From: a virus
Length of the DNA stretch: 64,000 nucleotides
IMG/VR virus record: IMGVR_UViG_3300049005_000030
Location: 1 to 64,000 of that record
Strand: one strand, 5' to 3'
Numbering within the stretch: the stretch's first letter is position 1; every line of letters starts with the position of its first letter. The notes under the pieces were generated by a model, which ran no database searches, was not told the DNA's origin, and saw only the letters and a program-made list of their open reading frames with translations. Positions 63,329 through 64,000 of the stretch are shown piece by piece. The position numbers and the translations under genes were made by a program.

Positions 63329-64000
63329 CTACTTGCGCCGCCTCACCTTCGGCGCGCCGACACGAACGGTGGGCTTCTCGCCGAGCTCCACAATGCCCGC
63401 GAGCACCGCCGGCAGATCCTCGTCACGATCCCGGTACTCGCGCAGGATCGCGCCCAGAGTCTGGTAGTTGACCGTCTCCGGCTGGATCTGGTGCGCCCGG
63501 CCGATGGCGCGCAACGCAGCCACCGCGTCAGCGGCGGTGTACTTCTCGCCGGGGGCCTTCTCCAGGTAATTGGCGTAGGTCGCGGCGTGGATGTAGACGC
63601 TGCGGCCATCGACCTCGGTGGTGCGCGAGCCGGACCGCTGGAACTGCGGCAGCAGCAGGTCGGAAAGCTGCTTCTCGCGGGCCTTGAGGTCGGCCACCTC
63701 GCCCTCGCGGGCCTTGATGGCGTCCTGCACCCGGGCCAGCTCACGGGCCAGGTCGGGATCGATGCCGACCACGTCCGGCGTGGGGGCCGGGACGATCAGC
63801 TGAAACGTGTCCTCAGGCTGGAAGGTCGACGCGGTGTTGAAGGTGCGGCCCGGCTCGCGAATCGTGACGTGCACCGTGTTGGTGACGGGCAGCTGCATCC
63901 AGCCGATGACCACGCCGGTGGCTCCGTGGGGCGTGACGATGGTCGCCCCGACCATGCTGTCCGGGTCGACCTCGCCGATGACCCGAGAGTTCGGATCGAC
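63329..64000 (-). CDS. hypothetical replication-region protein (probably 5' truncated by window edge)
   Basis: coiled coil plus VNYQTLGA motif. Confidence 0.65.
   Translation of the reverse strand, partial: VDPNSRVIGEVDPDSMVGATIVTPHGATGVVIGWMQLPVTNTVHVTIREPGRTFNTASTFQPEDTFQLIVPAPTPDVVGIDPDLARELARVQDAIKAREGEVADLKAREKQLSDLLLPQFQRSGSRTTEVDGRSVYIHAATYANYLEKAPGEKYTAADAVAALRAIGRAHQIQPETVNYQTLGAILREYRDRDEDLPAVLAGIVELGEKPTVRVGAPKVRRRK

Noticed and set aside
1-64000. tRNA/rRNA genes, integrase, att sites, IS elements
   Set aside because: None recognised by eye; tRNAscan and HMM searches would be needed to exclude them.

Overview
Very GC-rich DNA that reads as most of the genome of an actinomycete myophage or prophage, possibly a phage-plasmid. 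Layout: (i) 1-10 kb, small accessory/early genes, many behind a repeated sigma-70-type promoter whose 18-bp spacer is a partial palindrome (about 15 copies in the window); (ii) 8.7-14.9 kb, a leftward Streptomyces-plasmid/AICE-type conjugation module (small HTH, DUF2637/Spd-like membrane protein, TraA-position protein, FtsK-like TraB) next to two families of 8-bp repeats that look like a clt locus; (iii) 15.1-53.5 kb, a rightward virion operon (portal, MuF, 2H-phosphoesterase fusion, 2360-aa prohead-protease fusion, HK97-type capsid, Acb2-like sponge, neck, sheath, tube, chaperones, tape measure, baseplate, fibres, holin-like genes); (iv) 53.5-64 kb, leftward replication/recombination genes (VRR-NUC, UvrD-like helicase, PD-(D/E)XK nuclease, DEDD exonuclease, primase-like, SSB-like). 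I could not identify a terminase, endolysin, integrase or Par gene in the window. The best candidates for novelty are a contractile-tailed phage carrying TraB/clt conjugation, and head polyproteins with recurring E-x-K motifs at domain boundaries that could release packaged cargo, including an Acb1-like enzyme. All family assignments come from motif recognition by eye; no searches were run.
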